Shown: piece after piece, positions 38,756 to 48,741 of the stretch | Position numbering within the stretch: the first letter of the stretch is position 1 | How the letters are laid out: each line of letters begins with the position of its first letter | From: an uncultured Eubacteriales bacterium | GTDB lineage: Bacteria > Acidobacteriota > Aminicenantia > Aminicenantales > UBA8522 | NCBI GenBank assembly: GCA_964445305.1 | Contig: CAYUKK010000005.1 | Coordinates: 6,614 to 70,613, forward strand | Length of the DNA: 64,000 nt | Direction of reading: 5' to 3' | Notes under the pieces: generated by a model | Seen by the model: the letters and a program-made list of their open reading frames with translations, nothing else | Told to the model about the DNA's origin: nothing | The model's database searches: none | Translations under genes and position numbers: made by a program

Positions 38756-39052
38756 TCAGAGCTTGATCACTTTGGCTTTTTCAAGGTAGTGGACCTTCAG
38801 TTGCTGGAGGCAACCCTCAAGGAATTTCTCCTCGTCGGGTTGAAGGTTCCCTTTGGTTCGGTCTTTGAGAAGGTCGAGGATATCGATCAGACGTCGAGCC
38901 AGCTCCAAATTTTCTTCTTGGGGCTGAGAGGGGTCTTGGAGGACGCCGAGTTTCATCAAAGCTTGCGTGTAGAAAGGGAAGACGATGGAGCTAAAATCGA
39001 GAGGGGGGAGGAATTCTTTCAAATTCTCATCCTTGGTATCGTCATTTTTCAT
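38756..39052 (-). CDS. small acidic hypothetical protein (DUF1844-like)
   Basis: 98 aa. LDFSSIVFPFYTQALMKLG pattern resembles DUF1844. Confidence 0.4.
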   Translation of the reverse strand: MKNDDTKDENLKEFLPPLDFSSIVFPFYTQALMKLGVLQDPSQPQEENLELARRLIDILDLLKDRTKGNLQPDEEKFLEGCLQQLKVHYLEKAKVIKL

Positions 39053-39178
39053 TTTTTAACCTCATGCGGGAATATCGTCTCTTCTGGTGAAGTAAAGATT
39101 GCTATTTCACTTTGTCTGAGCTATTTTTTTAGGAAAAAAGTTTAGCCTTTTCGTGGCCAGATTGCAAGGGAGCGAACG

Positions 39179-39583
39179 ATGGAATATGCGGGGTCTATCG
39201 GGAAAAAGTTTGAGCAGCTCATCGAGATCATTGCTCTTCTTCGAAGTGACAGGGGCTGCCCTTGGGATAGGGAGCAGGATGAAGAATCGATCCTCCACTA
39301 TTTCCTGGAGGAAGTCTATGAGGTGGTCGAGGCTGTTGACAAGGGAGATGTTCAGGCGCTGGCCGAAGAGCTGGGCGACGTCTTTTTTGCCCTGGCTAAC
39401 TTGAGCCGTCACCTCGGCTTAAACCCGGAGCTGGTTTTAAGGCAGGCCAATAAGAAATTCCGGGTTCGTTTTTCTGCTTTGGTGACAGAGCTCAAGAGGA
39501 AGAAGAAAAAGCTCGGTCAAGCCAGCCCCGGGGAAATGGAGGTCATCTGGCAGAAACTGAAAAAAGAGCACCGGTCTGCCTGA
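39179..39583 (+). CDS. mazG: MazG-family nucleoside triphosphate pyrophosphohydrolase
   Basis: 134 aa. LRSDRGCPWDREQDEESILHYFLEEVYEVVEA MazG core. Confidence 0.65.
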   Translation: MEYAGSIGKKFEQLIEIIALLRSDRGCPWDREQDEESILHYFLEEVYEVVEAVDKGDVQALAEELGDVFFALANLSRHLGLNPELVLRQANKKFRVRFSALVTELKRKKKKLGQASPGEMEVIWQKLKKEHRSA

Positions 39584-39591
39584 GGTGGAGG

Positions 39592-40744
39592 CTAAGGGGT
39601 TGGCGCTGAGGAACTGACCAGCGACCTTGCCCGCTGGACAAGACTGGCCCGGATAAACTCATCCAGTTCACCGTCCAGGACTTTGTCCACTTCGCCCGTT
39701 TCGATTTTGGTCCGGAGGTCTTTAACCAGTCGGTAGGGATGGAGGACATAGGAGCGAATCTGGTTTCCCCACGCAATCTCCGTTTTTCCCTCTTCCATCC
39801 TCTCGTATTTTTCACGCTGTTTCCGCTTCTCGAGCTCATAGAGGCGCGCTCTCAGCACCTTCATCGCCGAAGCTTTGTTCTTGTGCTGGGATCTCTCGCT
39901 CTGGCATTGGACGACAATGCCAGTGGGAAGATGGGTGATCCGAACGGCCGAATCCGTAACATTCACATGCTGGCCGCCCCGACCAGAAGAACGATAGGTG
40001 TCGATGCGAAGGTCTTCCGGGTTGATTTCGACTTCGATGTCCTCCTCTATTTCAGGAAAGACAAAGACAGCAGCGAAGGAGGTGTGCCGCCTTTTGTTGG
40101 CGTCGAAAGGGGAAATGCGGACAAGGCGGTGGACGCCAGATTCTTGGCTGAGGATGCCGTAAGCATAATCTCCTTCGACGCGGATAGTGACGCTTTTCAG
40201 GCCCGCTTCCTCGCCGGGCAAGTAATCGAGGATTTCAGTCCGAAACCCCTTCCGCTCCGCGTATCGGAGGTACATGCGGAGGAGCATCTGCGCCCAATCC
40301 TGGGATTCCGTTCCTCCGGCTCCTGGATGGATGGTCAGAAGAGCGTTTCGACTATCGTCTTCCCCGATGAAGAGCGCCTGGAGCTCGGCTTCTTCGAGCT
40401 TGACCCGGAAGGACTCTACGGCTCTTGCTAACTCGTCAGTAACTTCTTCCCCTTCATTGGCCAGCTCGCAGAGGACCTCGACTTCTTCTTTCTTTTCTTT
40501 CAGGGTGCTAAAAAATTCAAGGTCACGGTCAAGCTTTTTCTTCTTTCGCTGGAGGGTCTGGAACTTCTTCTTGTTTTCCCACGTTTCGGGGAGGGAAAGC
40601 TGTCGGTTGAGGGATTCGACTTCCGCCGTTTTGTGGTCGAGGTCAAAGAAAGCCTCTGAGCTCTTCAAATTTGGCCAGCTCTTCTTTGGCTCTTGTCTGG
40701 AGCTCAGACAATCGTTCGACGGAAGCGGGTTTTTTTTCTCTCAT
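39592..40744 (-). CDS. prfB: peptide chain release factor 2, expressed via a programmed +1 ribosomal frameshift (frame 0 from ATG 40744 to CTT-TGA at ~40645; the +1 frame then continues to 39592)
   Basis: Frame 0 reads MREKKPASVERLSELQTRAKEELAKFEELRGFL, then CTT TGA C preceded by an SD-like AGAGG. The +1 frame continues DLDHKTAEV... The SPF tripeptide and GGQHVNVTDSAVRITHLPTG (GGQ motif) are present. Confidence 0.85.
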
Positions 40745-42263
40745 GGGCTCTTTTCACTCTTGCCAGCATAAGGGAGATGCCGGTCAATGTCAAGCTCCCG
40801 TAGGGAAGAAAATCGCCGTAGCGAGCATAAACCGAGAGGTCACGGCGTGGGCTTACCTTGGCCGTGAGGACAGTTTTAGTCATCAACGAAGAACGAGCCA
40901 CGACGCGGCCGTAAGGGTCGACGATACCGCTGATTCCGGTCGTGGCCGCCCGAAGAAGATATCGGCGATTTTCGACAGCCCGGAAGATGGCGATCTGGAA
41001 ATGCTGATACGGGGCTGAACTCCGGCCATACCAGCCATCGTTGGTGATCGTCACAAGAAAGCGGGCCCCTCGGGCGGTGAATTTTCGGACGAGAGACGGA
41101 AAAATAATCTCGTAGCAAACGGGAGAACCAAAGGGTTTCCCCTCGAATCGGTGCAAGGTGTACTCGCGGCCTGGAGTGACATCCCCGATGGCGTGGGTAA
41201 CCTTTTCGATGAAGGAGAAAATCTTCTTGTAGGGTGTGTATTCCCCGAAGGGCACAAGGTGCATTTTGTAGTATTGAGTAATGGTCAGGTCGGGTGAGAG
41301 GCAGAGGGCGGTGTTGTAATAGAGGTTTTCTCCGTCCCGGCGACTCGTCTCGTTGGTTCCCAGAAGAAGCGTGCATTGCGTTTCCTGGACGAACTGATAG
41401 AGCTTTGTCTTGAATTCCTGATAGAGGGGTTGGGGGCAGCTGAAGCACAGGGGCACAGAGAATTCAGGCCAGATAACCAAGCGCGCGCCCCCGCTCTGAG
41501 CCTGGCGGCTGAGTTCGAGATGTTCCTGGAAAAGGGCTTCGACCTCCTCCCGGGAAATCCGGTCCCAGTAAATGTCCGAGGACACGTTACCTTGAATCAC
41601 CCCGGCCGTAAACGCTTCGACGGAGGCGGGTTCGTTTTTCAAGATCAACCCTCCCCACAGATGGAGGAAAAGGACGATGGCCAAAGCCAGGAAAAAAGGA
41701 CTCTTTTTCCGGCTGACGAGGGAAAGGAGGAAGCATCCCTGAAGGAAGACAAGAAAGAAGGACAATCCATAGACGCCCGTTGTAGCGGCGAGTTGAAGGA
41801 AGGGAAGATTCTTTGCCTGACTGTGACCCATGAGTCCCCAGGGAAAACCAGTCAGGACATGGGTAGCTGCATATTCCATGGCCACCCAGATGAAGGGAGC
41901 CAGGAGAAAGCAAAGCCGAGGGAAAAAGGGGCTGATCTCGGCATGAAGGAGGGCAAAAAAGGCCCAGAAAAGAGACATCAAGGCGACGAGAAGAAGAAAA
42001 ACGAAGAAACTTAAGGCAGGGGATAGATTTCCATAATGGGCCGGAACAGCAGGGATCCAGTAGAGGAGGATGGCATAAAAAACGAACCCGGCCACGAATC
42101 CGAGGCCAAACGCCTGACCCGGTCTTTGACCGAGGAGGGCAAAGAGTAAAGGGATGAGGAAGACCCAGCCAAGAAAAAAAAGGCCAAACTTGGGAAACGT
42201 GAGAGCCGCCAGGAGTCCGCTCAAAACGGACAACCCAAGAGCCTCTTTTCGCCTAGAATTCAT
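40704..42263 (-). CDS. lnt: apolipoprotein N-acyltransferase
   Basis: 519 aa. N-terminal polytopic region plus CN-hydrolase domain (LVIWPEFSVP ... catalytic Cys context LCLSPD). Confidence 0.78.
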   Translation of the reverse strand: MNSRRKEALGLSVLSGLLAALTFPKFGLFFLGWVFLIPLLFALLGQRPGQAFGLGFVAGFVFYAILLYWIPAVPAHYGNLSPALSFFVFLLLVALMSLFWAFFALLHAEISPFFPRLCFLLAPFIWVAMEYAATHVLTGFPWGLMGHSQAKNLPFLQLAATTGVYGLSFFLVFLQGCFLLSLVSRKKSPFFLALAIVLFLHLWGGLILKNEPASVEAFTAGVIQGNVSSDIYWDRISREEVEALFQEHLELSRQAQSGGARLVIWPEFSVPLCFSCPQPLYQEFKTKLYQFVQETQCTLLLGTNETSRRDGENLYYNTALCLSPDLTITQYYKMHLVPFGEYTPYKKIFSFIEKVTHAIGDVTPGREYTLHRFEGKPFGSPVCYEIIFPSLVRKFTARGARFLVTITNDGWYGRSSAPYQHFQIAIFRAVENRRYLLRAATTGISGIVDPYGRVVARSSLMTKTVLTAKVSPRRDLSVYARYGDFLPYGSLTLTGISLMLARVKRAHERKKTRFRRTIV

Positions 42264-42317
42264 CCTTTTTTATCTTTTTCCTATCCGGGGTCAACCCAAT
42301 GCCAGGAGGTCGAAGCT

Positions 42318-42923
42318 TCAGTCTCGAACGATGAAATAATCCTTTCGCCCCGAACCGGCTCCCAGCTTGTTCTTGGTCGCTTCTGCTTCTGCTTTCGTCG
42401 CGAACCCGCCGATGCGGACCCGATAGTAAGGAGTCCTGTCTGTCGGCAACGGGTCAAGCACAACGACGGGATAACCCTGATTCTTGAATTGCTCGGCTAA
42501 AGCCAGCGCGGCAGGCTTTTCAATGAGAGCACCAACCTGGACATAGTACAAGTCTTTTTGAGGAGGGGGAGAAGCGATTGGAGCGGAGGTCTTCTCTTGA
42601 GCTTTGAGCTTCTGAGTATCCAAGAGCGGTTGTTTAGCTTCGGGGACGGCTTCTTTCTTCGCTTGGAGCTTCTCTTGCGGAGCGATTTTGGGGGTTGGTT
42701 GCCCGGTCGGAGGAATAACTTCTGGCGTCACGACCTTGTCCTTCAGCGCCTCAGGCTCTTTCGTTACGGCCAGCGTCGCTTTCTCTGCCTCCTGAGCGTG
42801 CCTCTTTCCCACCGATACACCGAGCAAGAAAATGACGACTCCCAGGACGAGGATGCCGAGGAAAATGATGGCTAATTGGGCACTCGAGACCTGAAGCTCT
42901 CTAAACTCTCTCTCTTTCATCAT
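42318..42923 (-). CDS. SPOR-domain membrane protein (peptidoglycan-binding)
   Basis: 201 aa. One TM helix, Pro/Lys/Glu-rich linker, C-terminal [28 protein letters not shown]...[21 protein letters not shown] fold. Confidence 0.6.
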   Translation of the reverse strand: MMKEREFRELQVSSAQLAIIFLGILVLGVVIFLLGVSVGKRHAQEAEKATLAVTKEPEALKDKVVTPEVIPPTGQPTPKIAPQEKLQAKKEAVPEAKQPLLDTQKLKAQEKTSAPIASPPPQKDLYYVQVGALIEKPAALALAEQFKNQGYPVVVLDPLPTDRTPYYRVRIGGFATKAEAEATKNKLGAGSGRKDYFIVRD

Positions 42924-43684
42924 GCTTTTTCGGCTTTAGGTCTTTCGTAGGTGAAGGCCTTGAGGAGCTCGAGCGGCAGGGGGAAGATGATGGTCGAGTT
43001 CTTTTCGCTCGCGATCTCGGTCAGAGTGCCAAGGAAGCGAAGCTGTAAAGCTTGAGGGTTGGTGGAAATGATCTCGGCTGCCTGGGTCAACTTGGCAGCG
43101 GCCTGGAATTCGCCGTCAGCATGGATAACCTTGGCCCGTCTTTCCCTCTCCGCCTCTGCCTGTCTGGCAATGGCCCGGATCATCGTTTCCGGCAGGTCGA
43201 CGTGTTTGACTTCGACGAGCTGAACTTTGATTCCCCAGGGGTCGGTGTGTTTGTCCAGAATTTCCTGAAGCTGAACGTTGAGTTTTTCCCTCTGGGAGAG
43301 AAGCTCGTCGAGTTCCACTTCGCCCAGAACGCTCCGTAGGGTTGTTTGGGAGAGGAGGGAGGTGGCATAGAGATAGTCCTGGACTTCGATGACCGCCTTG
43401 AGTGGGTCCATGACGCGGAAGTAGACGACAGCGTTGACCTTCACGGATACGTTATCCCGGGTGATGATATCCTGAGGGGGGACATCCAGGGTGACAAGCC
43501 TCAGGCTTATGCGCACCATGCGGTCGATGGGGGCGAAGACAAAAATGAGGCCTGGACCCTTGGGCCGGGAGAGGACGCGGCCAAGACGAAAAATAACGCC
43601 GCGCTCGTATTCCCTCAAGATCTTGATCGAGTTCAAGAGATAGAGAACGATCAGCCCGATAATGATCACCGGGAAAGTAAGCAT
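42920..43684 (-). CDS. SPFH / band-7 (stomatin-like) protein
   Basis: 254 aa. [12 protein letters not shown]...[17 protein letters not shown] stomatin signature. Confidence 0.75.
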   Translation of the reverse strand: MLTFPVIIIGLIVLYLLNSIKILREYERGVIFRLGRVLSRPKGPGLIFVFAPIDRMVRISLRLVTLDVPPQDIITRDNVSVKVNAVVYFRVMDPLKAVIEVQDYLYATSLLSQTTLRSVLGEVELDELLSQREKLNVQLQEILDKHTDPWGIKVQLVEVKHVDLPETMIRAIARQAEAERERRAKVIHADGEFQAAAKLTQAAEIISTNPQALQLRFLGTLTEIASEKNSTIIFPLPLELLKAFTYERPKAEKA

Positions 43685-43764
43685 TTTTTCCTCCTTATTT
43701 TTTTATCCTTTATTTTTTATCTTAATCCCTTATCGGCCAAGAGATATGGGATTCGGAAGGAAAT

Positions 43765-45129
43765 TCAAAGTTTCTCGACGCGAACTTTCAGTCCCTCCAG
43801 AACGGCGACGACCTTCACTCGACTGCCCCGAGGGATCATGGTCGTCGCTTCGGCGTTCCAGATCTCCCCATGGACAAAGACTTTCCCCTCCGGGTTCAAA
43901 TCTGTTCGGGCCACCCCAACTTCGCCGATGAGTCCCTCCCGGCCGGTGTGAACTTTGCGTGTATGGGCCCGGATGACGAGGAAAACCAGGAAGAGGAAAA
44001 TGAGCGAGAGAGCTACGGCCATGGGGACGATGAACCTTAGGCTTGGCCGAAGCTCTGGGACCGGGGCGTTGATGAGCATGATCGAGCCGAGGACCATGGC
44101 GATAATCCCTCCTACGGATAGGATTCCATAACTTTGAACTTTCACTTCGAGGATAAAAAGGCCGATGGCCAGAAGAATTAAAATAAGGCCGACATAGTTG
44201 ATGGGCAGGATCTGGAAGGAAAAGAAAGCGAGCAAGAGGGAGATCCCGCCCAGGACGCCGGGAAGGATAGCGCCCGGGTTAGCAAACTCAAAATAAAGGC
44301 CGAGGAGCCCGAGCATGAGAAGGATATAAGCCAAGTTAGGGTTGGAGATGGTGAGAAGGAATTTTTGGCGGGTGGACATCGGGATGTTGAGGACAGGCTC
44401 TTCCTTGAGGCGAAGGGTAAGCTCTTGTCCGTCAAAGCGCCGGATGGTCTTCTGGTCAAAGTGGGTGAAGATTTCCTGTTCGCTGCTGGCGATAAAGTCG
44501 ATGAGGCCCTTATCCAGCGCTTCTTTTTCCGTGTAGGACAAGCTCTGGCGGACAGCATCTTCGGCCATGCGGACGTTCCGCCCTCTTTTCTCGGCCAAAG
44601 TCTTGATGTAGGCTGCGGCGTCGTGGGTGATTTTCTCCTCCATCGTCTTATCCATGGTCTGTCCGGTGATGGAGATCCCGACAGGATGAGCTGCCCCCGT
44701 GCTTGTTCCTGGAGCCATGATGAACAGGTCGCTGGCGATAGCAATGAAAAAGCCAGCCGAGGCAGCCCGGGCACCGCTCGGGCTGACGTAAACGGCCACC
44801 GGCGTTCGCGCAGCCAGGATGCGGGTGATGATCTCGCGCATCGAACTATCGAGGCCGCCGGGGGTGTTCAAGACGATGAGCACCAGGCGGGCGTTCTCTT
44901 TTTCTGCTCTGTCGATGGTCATGGTGATGTATTCTGAAGTAATCGGGTGGATCGGCGCGTCGACCGTGATTTTCAGGATCGAGGCGAGGCTGGGAAAAGA
45001 ACAGAAAAACAGAAGAAAAAGGAAACACAGCAGCCAGGAATTCTTTCTCACTCTATTTCCATTATAGGAGGTGCAACAGGTCAAGTCAACAACAATCGCT
45101 GATAAGAGTATTCGGATGATTTCATACAT
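43765..45129 (-). CDS. NfeD-family membrane protein (ClpP-class serine protease domain plus C-terminal OB-fold), stomatin partner
   Basis: 454 aa. LNTPGGLDSSMREI (ClpP-like) and C-terminal GSRVKVVAVEGLKVRVE OB domain. Adjacent to the SPFH gene as in nfeD-stomatin operons. Confidence 0.7.
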   Translation of the reverse strand: MYEIIRILLSAIVVDLTCCTSYNGNRVRKNSWLLCFLFLLFFCSFPSLASILKITVDAPIHPITSEYITMTIDRAEKENARLVLIVLNTPGGLDSSMREIITRILAARTPVAVYVSPSGARAASAGFFIAIASDLFIMAPGTSTGAAHPVGISITGQTMDKTMEEKITHDAAAYIKTLAEKRGRNVRMAEDAVRQSLSYTEKEALDKGLIDFIASSEQEIFTHFDQKTIRRFDGQELTLRLKEEPVLNIPMSTRQKFLLTISNPNLAYILLMLGLLGLYFEFANPGAILPGVLGGISLLLAFFSFQILPINYVGLILILLAIGLFILEVKVQSYGILSVGGIIAMVLGSIMLINAPVPELRPSLRFIVPMAVALSLIFLFLVFLVIRAHTRKVHTGREGLIGEVGVARTDLNPEGKVFVHGEIWNAEATTMIPRGSRVKVVAVLEGLKVRVEKL

Positions 45130-45462
45130 ACAGTCCTAGAAGTGCCCCACAAAAAAGGGCGATCTTTCGCTGACTCATTGGATATCTGCCAGAGACATCG
45201 ATTTTCATCTGGATAGGCTAAATTTGGGCTGATTTTTTGGTTACAATGGGGTCTACTCACTAAATGAGAGGAGAATCTCACTCGGAGAGTTTCCAGAGGA
45301 AAGCCCATGGATTGTGCCAGAATCGCCGCAAAATTGCGAGAGCAAATCGTCCAATTCTCGGGGGAACTTTCTTCTGGACTTCCGAAGGGCGGGCCTGGAA
45401 CCCGCGGACAAGCAAAAAGCGCCGGAAATCACCCTGACTTCTCCATTCGGTTAAAGAGAGAA

Positions 45463-45783
45463 TCACAAAAAATATTCAGCGGGGGCCTCGGTGGCCATCA
45501 GAAGCTCCTGATAGACGATGCGGTGGGGGATATAGAGAAGAAGTGTCTCCTGCATCCACTCACTTGACACTCCTCCAGCCTCTCGGCGTGGCAAGAAAGA
45601 CAGAACCCCCGGGTGCGGTAGGAGAAAATCATGAGGCGCTCCACATGGCATTAGGGACAGCGAATGCGGGAAACCCACGACTCGGGTGGCCGCAGTCAGG
45701 CGTCGTTGCGAGGGGCGAAGCGACGCGGGAATCTTGTTTCCCGGGCGAGGCACGACGGGATTACGATGGCTCTGTGGCCTCAT
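45463..45783 (-). pseudogene. remnant of an IS200/IS605-TnpA- or RAYT-like Y1 transposase gene (copy A; C-terminal end only)
   Basis: Ends ...LLLYIPHRIVYQELLMATEAPAEYFL*. This shares the (I/V)VYQE(L/F)L...AEY C-terminus with the copy at 53485-53889 and with fragments at ~51095 and ~60050. No intact HUH motif. Confidence 0.3.
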
Positions 45784-46178
45784 GATGACCTGCGGTCAGT
45801 TCTATAATGGCCGGCCGAAGGAACTCATAATCCTTCTCGAAGCGCGACTTATACCCAGCAAGAAATTTATCCAAGTAATGAAACAACACTCGGTAGAGGA
45901 TCGTCTGTTTGGGGTGCCGAAGGCGATAGTTTCCAACTATGACAGGAGAATGGCCTCAAGAAAGGGGCCATTGTTATGGGGCCAGCCGCTCTTCCTGAAA
46001 AGAGGGAAGGAGTCCCCCTCAGGAAAACAGATTCCAAGCCATAAACTATCCACCTAAATTGACGCCCAGCCTAGAGAATAGACACGCTAGCAGACTAGCG
46101 GAATCGTCATCGGCGTCGAGGCCATAGACGCTAAGGCTGAACGAGGATGAATGCATCGTCATTGAAATCAGGTACAGC

Positions 46179-46739
46179 TTACATGTTTAGCAATAACCTC
46201 CGGAGTTCGTTGCCCAAATCTTGAACCCTAGTCACTTTAAGGGCTTTGCAAAGGGCCTTGATAAAAGGATCGCTCATAACATCTTCTAAAGCCTCAGGTG
46301 AAAAAAGGCTGGGCTCCATAACCACTCCTCGGCTTTGTTCCCCGCACGAATTAATGGGACATGACTTCAGCCCCCTGCAATCCTGTTGGCCGCAACCGTT
46401 TTTATCACAAGATTTTAGAGGGATGGAAAGAGTCGTGCCACTACGCAGCTCGATGAAGAGACCACATTTCTCACCACCACCAGGATCGGGAATAAAGCCG
46501 GTCGGGAGGCCACCGAATTCGCTCAAGAAAATCTCATCCCTCGGGAAAAGTAGCGCTTTGATCATTTTTGCTTTAGTCGATAGAGCGCCGATGCGGACCG
46601 TAGCTTCCAATTCGGCTTTTGAGACTCGGGTTTGAGCTGAGATCAGACCAGCTTTTGTGGCACCCACGCCTGCTAGCCCAGCCGAAAGCTGCGCCAACTT
46701 GCTGAGAACTTCTCTTCTCGTCAATCGATTGTTTTTCAT
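46179..46739 (-). CDS. Tat-signal Cys-pentad-repeat protein, paralog 1 (putative substrate of the adjacent radical SAM/SPASM enzyme)
   Basis: 186 aa. N-terminal RREVLSKLAQLSAGLAGVGA (twin-Arg plus hydrophobic region). Repeats CDKNG/CGQQD/CRGLKS/CPINS/CGEQS. Conserved C-terminal SDPFIKALCKALKVTRVQDLGNELRRLL. Confidence 0.6.
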   Translation of the reverse strand: MKNNRLTRREVLSKLAQLSAGLAGVGATKAGLISAQTRVSKAELEATVRIGALSTKAKMIKALLFPRDEIFLSEFGGLPTGFIPDPGGGEKCGLFIELRSGTTLSIPLKSCDKNGCGQQDCRGLKSCPINSCGEQSRGVVMEPSLFSPEALEDVMSDPFIKALCKALKVTRVQDLGNELRRLLLNM

Positions 46740-46778
46740 TGTTTTCGCCTTTAAAGATTTTTGTCTTATTAGATTCGA

Positions 46779-47336
46779 TTAACGGACCAAAAGCCTTCGG
46801 AGCTCGTAGCTCAGACCTTGCGCTGTTGTCACCTTAAGTTGCCTGCAAAGGGCAAGAATGAACGGGTCGTTCATGATCTGTGATAATTCTCTTTCGGAAA
46901 AAATGTTTGATTCACCCGTGAGCATCCCTTGCTTCGGGCAGTAATTTTCCTCACACCCTGACAACTTCGAGCATTTCTGATCTTCGCACCAGTTATAATC
47001 ACAGTCGGCCAGATTGCCACATTTCTGTTTAGAACACGTCTGGCCCTCGAAAAAAAAGTCACATTTTTCTCCTCCCGGGAATGCAGAGAACATGCCCAGA
47101 GGAACACGGCCGAATTCCGCCTGGAAGACATCACGTTGGGGAAAGAGCAGCACTTTGATCGCCTTAGCCATCGCCGCTTCGGCTTTGACGCCAGTGAGGC
47201 TTTCCAAGTCCTTTATTCCGATTCGCGTCTGAGCCCATGAGCTTGCAGGCTTGAGACTGCTGACGCCGCCAAGCAGAGCCAGAAGCTCCATCAATCGCTT
47301 AAAAGCTTGACGCCTGGTAACCTTTTGATTTCTCAT
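46779..47336 (-). CDS. Tat-signal Cys-pentad-repeat protein, paralog 2
   Basis: 185 aa. TRRQAFKRLMELLALLGGVS. Repeats CSKQK/CGNLAD/CDYNW/CEDQK/CSKLSG/CEENY/CPKQG. C-terminal NDPFILALCRQLKVTTAQGLSYELRRLL. Confidence 0.6.
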   Translation of the reverse strand: MRNQKVTRRQAFKRLMELLALLGGVSSLKPASSWAQTRIGIKDLESLTGVKAEAAMAKAIKVLLFPQRDVFQAEFGRVPLGMFSAFPGGEKCDFFFEGQTCSKQKCGNLADCDYNWCEDQKCSKLSGCEENYCPKQGMLTGESNIFSERELSQIMNDPFILALCRQLKVTTAQGLSYELRRLLVR

Positions 47337-47339
47337 TAT

Positions 47340-48734
47340 TTACCCTCCTTTGAAATTTAGTTTTTTTAGGTTGCGGTCCTTATCGGCTGCCTGATATAGC
47401 TCGACAAGGGCCCAAAACTTTTGCGATATCTCCAATTCTCTGCTCATTCTTTTCAAGCAGTAATAAAAGAAAATATTTTCATCAAGATAATATTTCCAGG
47501 TGTGGCAGCTCACTTTCCCCGTCTTTCCGTAGACATAAGGACATCCTCCCATGCAGATTGGCAGGAGCTTGCAGGAGGCGCATTCGAGGTCAAATGGGTT
47601 TCGCTGCCGCCACCTTTCGAGATTCTTCTGCCAGTCTGCCGAGGCCGACTCGAGGAGGTGTCCGACCTCTGCGTGCGATTCAGCTACCTCGTTCCAGCAT
47701 TTAACAATGCCGCCGCGCGGGGTGATGGCGTAGGCGCATTCATGATCCGCCATACAGAAAATATTTCGGCTTTTCGGCACACCAAAAGAGCGGAAGCCCC
47801 GCCTCGCCATTTCGATAGAGGTTTCGAGCTCGAGCAGGGAAAAGTCGTCCTCGCTTAGGCACCATCCGGAGATATCCTGGCAGACCGATGTATAAGCGTA
47901 CGTACGACCTATGTAGAAGCCAACACGCTCTTTTAATGCCTCGCTCTCCAGGATCTCCATTAGATCTAGAATATGATCCTTGTTTGTTTCATCGACGTTC
48001 ATCCGGATGTGGATTTTGAGCTTCGAAGTCGCCTCATGAATATTTTTTAAAATTCTATGGAATGTTCCTCTGCCGTCGGCGAGCGGCCGCCTCCGGTTAT
48101 GAACCGCGGGGGGCCCATCGAGCGTGACTTGGATATGGCTGATCTTGAGTTGGGCCAGCTTTTCAGCGGTCTTGAGGTCAAGCAGGTATCCATTAGTCAC
48201 CATGTCAGCGCTGTAATCAGCTCCGCAGTTCTGGCAGATTTCGATAAACTTTTCCGAAAGGCGTTCGATTAACGACCGGAAGAGCAACGGCTCGCCCCCA
48301 AACCAGGTGACATTGAGCGATTTATGGCTGAACATCCTTTCTTGGACAAATCGGATAACCGCGTCTTCAACGTTTCCGGCCATCGAGGCCGGGTTCCTCT
48401 CTTGGTAACAATAGACGCACCTGAAATTACAGGCCAGGGTGGGGATGATGGTCATGCTCAGGACGCTCTGATCGGTGCACCCCATCTTGTAGTTCTCCTT
48501 CAAAGAGGCGATTTCATCGGCGTCGTCAGGGATCAGGAATCCGTGGTTGATCAGAGCATTCAGAATTTGCGTTGAATTCTTTGCTTTCCAATCTCGGTTG
48601 GGGTTATATAGAATCCGTTTAGCCAGACCAGCTTCGTAGCCTCTTAAAGCAAGGAGCGAAAGAGTATAGAAATTTAGGAAGAGCGTTGTTCCATTGGGAA
48701 GTCTAAGACAATAGTTATACAAAGAAGCTTTCAA
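47340..48734 (-). CDS. radical SAM / SPASM-domain peptide- or protein-modifying enzyme with a ~95-aa N-terminal RRE-like extension
   Basis: 464 aa. CNFRCVYCYQ (CX3CX2C). C-terminal SPASM cysteines CASCKLLPICMGGCPYV. 3-nt and 7-nt gaps to the flanking paralog genes. Confidence 0.8.
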   Translation of the reverse strand: MKASLYNYCLRLPNGTTLFLNFYTLSLLALRGYEAGLAKRILYNPNRDWKAKNSTQILNALINHGFLIPDDADEIASLKENYKMGCTDQSVLSMTIIPTLACNFRCVYCYQERNPASMAGNVEDAVIRFVQERMFSHKSLNVTWFGGEPLLFRSLIERLSEKFIEICQNCGADYSADMVTNGYLLDLKTAEKLAQLKISHIQVTLDGPPAVHNRRRPLADGRGTFHRILKNIHEATSKLKIHIRMNVDETNKDHILDLMEILESEALKERVGFYIGRTYAYTSVCQDISGWCLSEDDFSLLELETSIEMARRGFRSFGVPKSRNIFCMADHECAYAITPRGGIVKCWNEVAESHAEVGHLLESASADWQKNLERWRQRNPFDLECASCKLLPICMGGCPYVYGKTGKVSCHTWKYYLDENIFFYYCLKRMSRELEISQKFWALVELYQAADKDRNLKKLNFKGG

Positions 48735-48741
48735 AGTCCGG

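Noticed and set aside
37828-38766. 312-aa plus-strand ORF exactly mirroring ribF
   Set aside because: The translation is Ala/Gly/Arg-rich with no motifs. The minus-strand frame carries clear FAD-synthetase and flavokinase motifs. This is a typical antisense shadow ORF in high-GC DNA.
45686-46057. 123-aa plus-strand ORF in the 1-kb gene-poor region, weakly reminiscent of RAYT-like sequence
   Set aside because: The similarity is too weak to support it: no HUH motif, no catalytic Tyr context, no RBS. It is left unannotated and may be part of the eroded mobile DNA.
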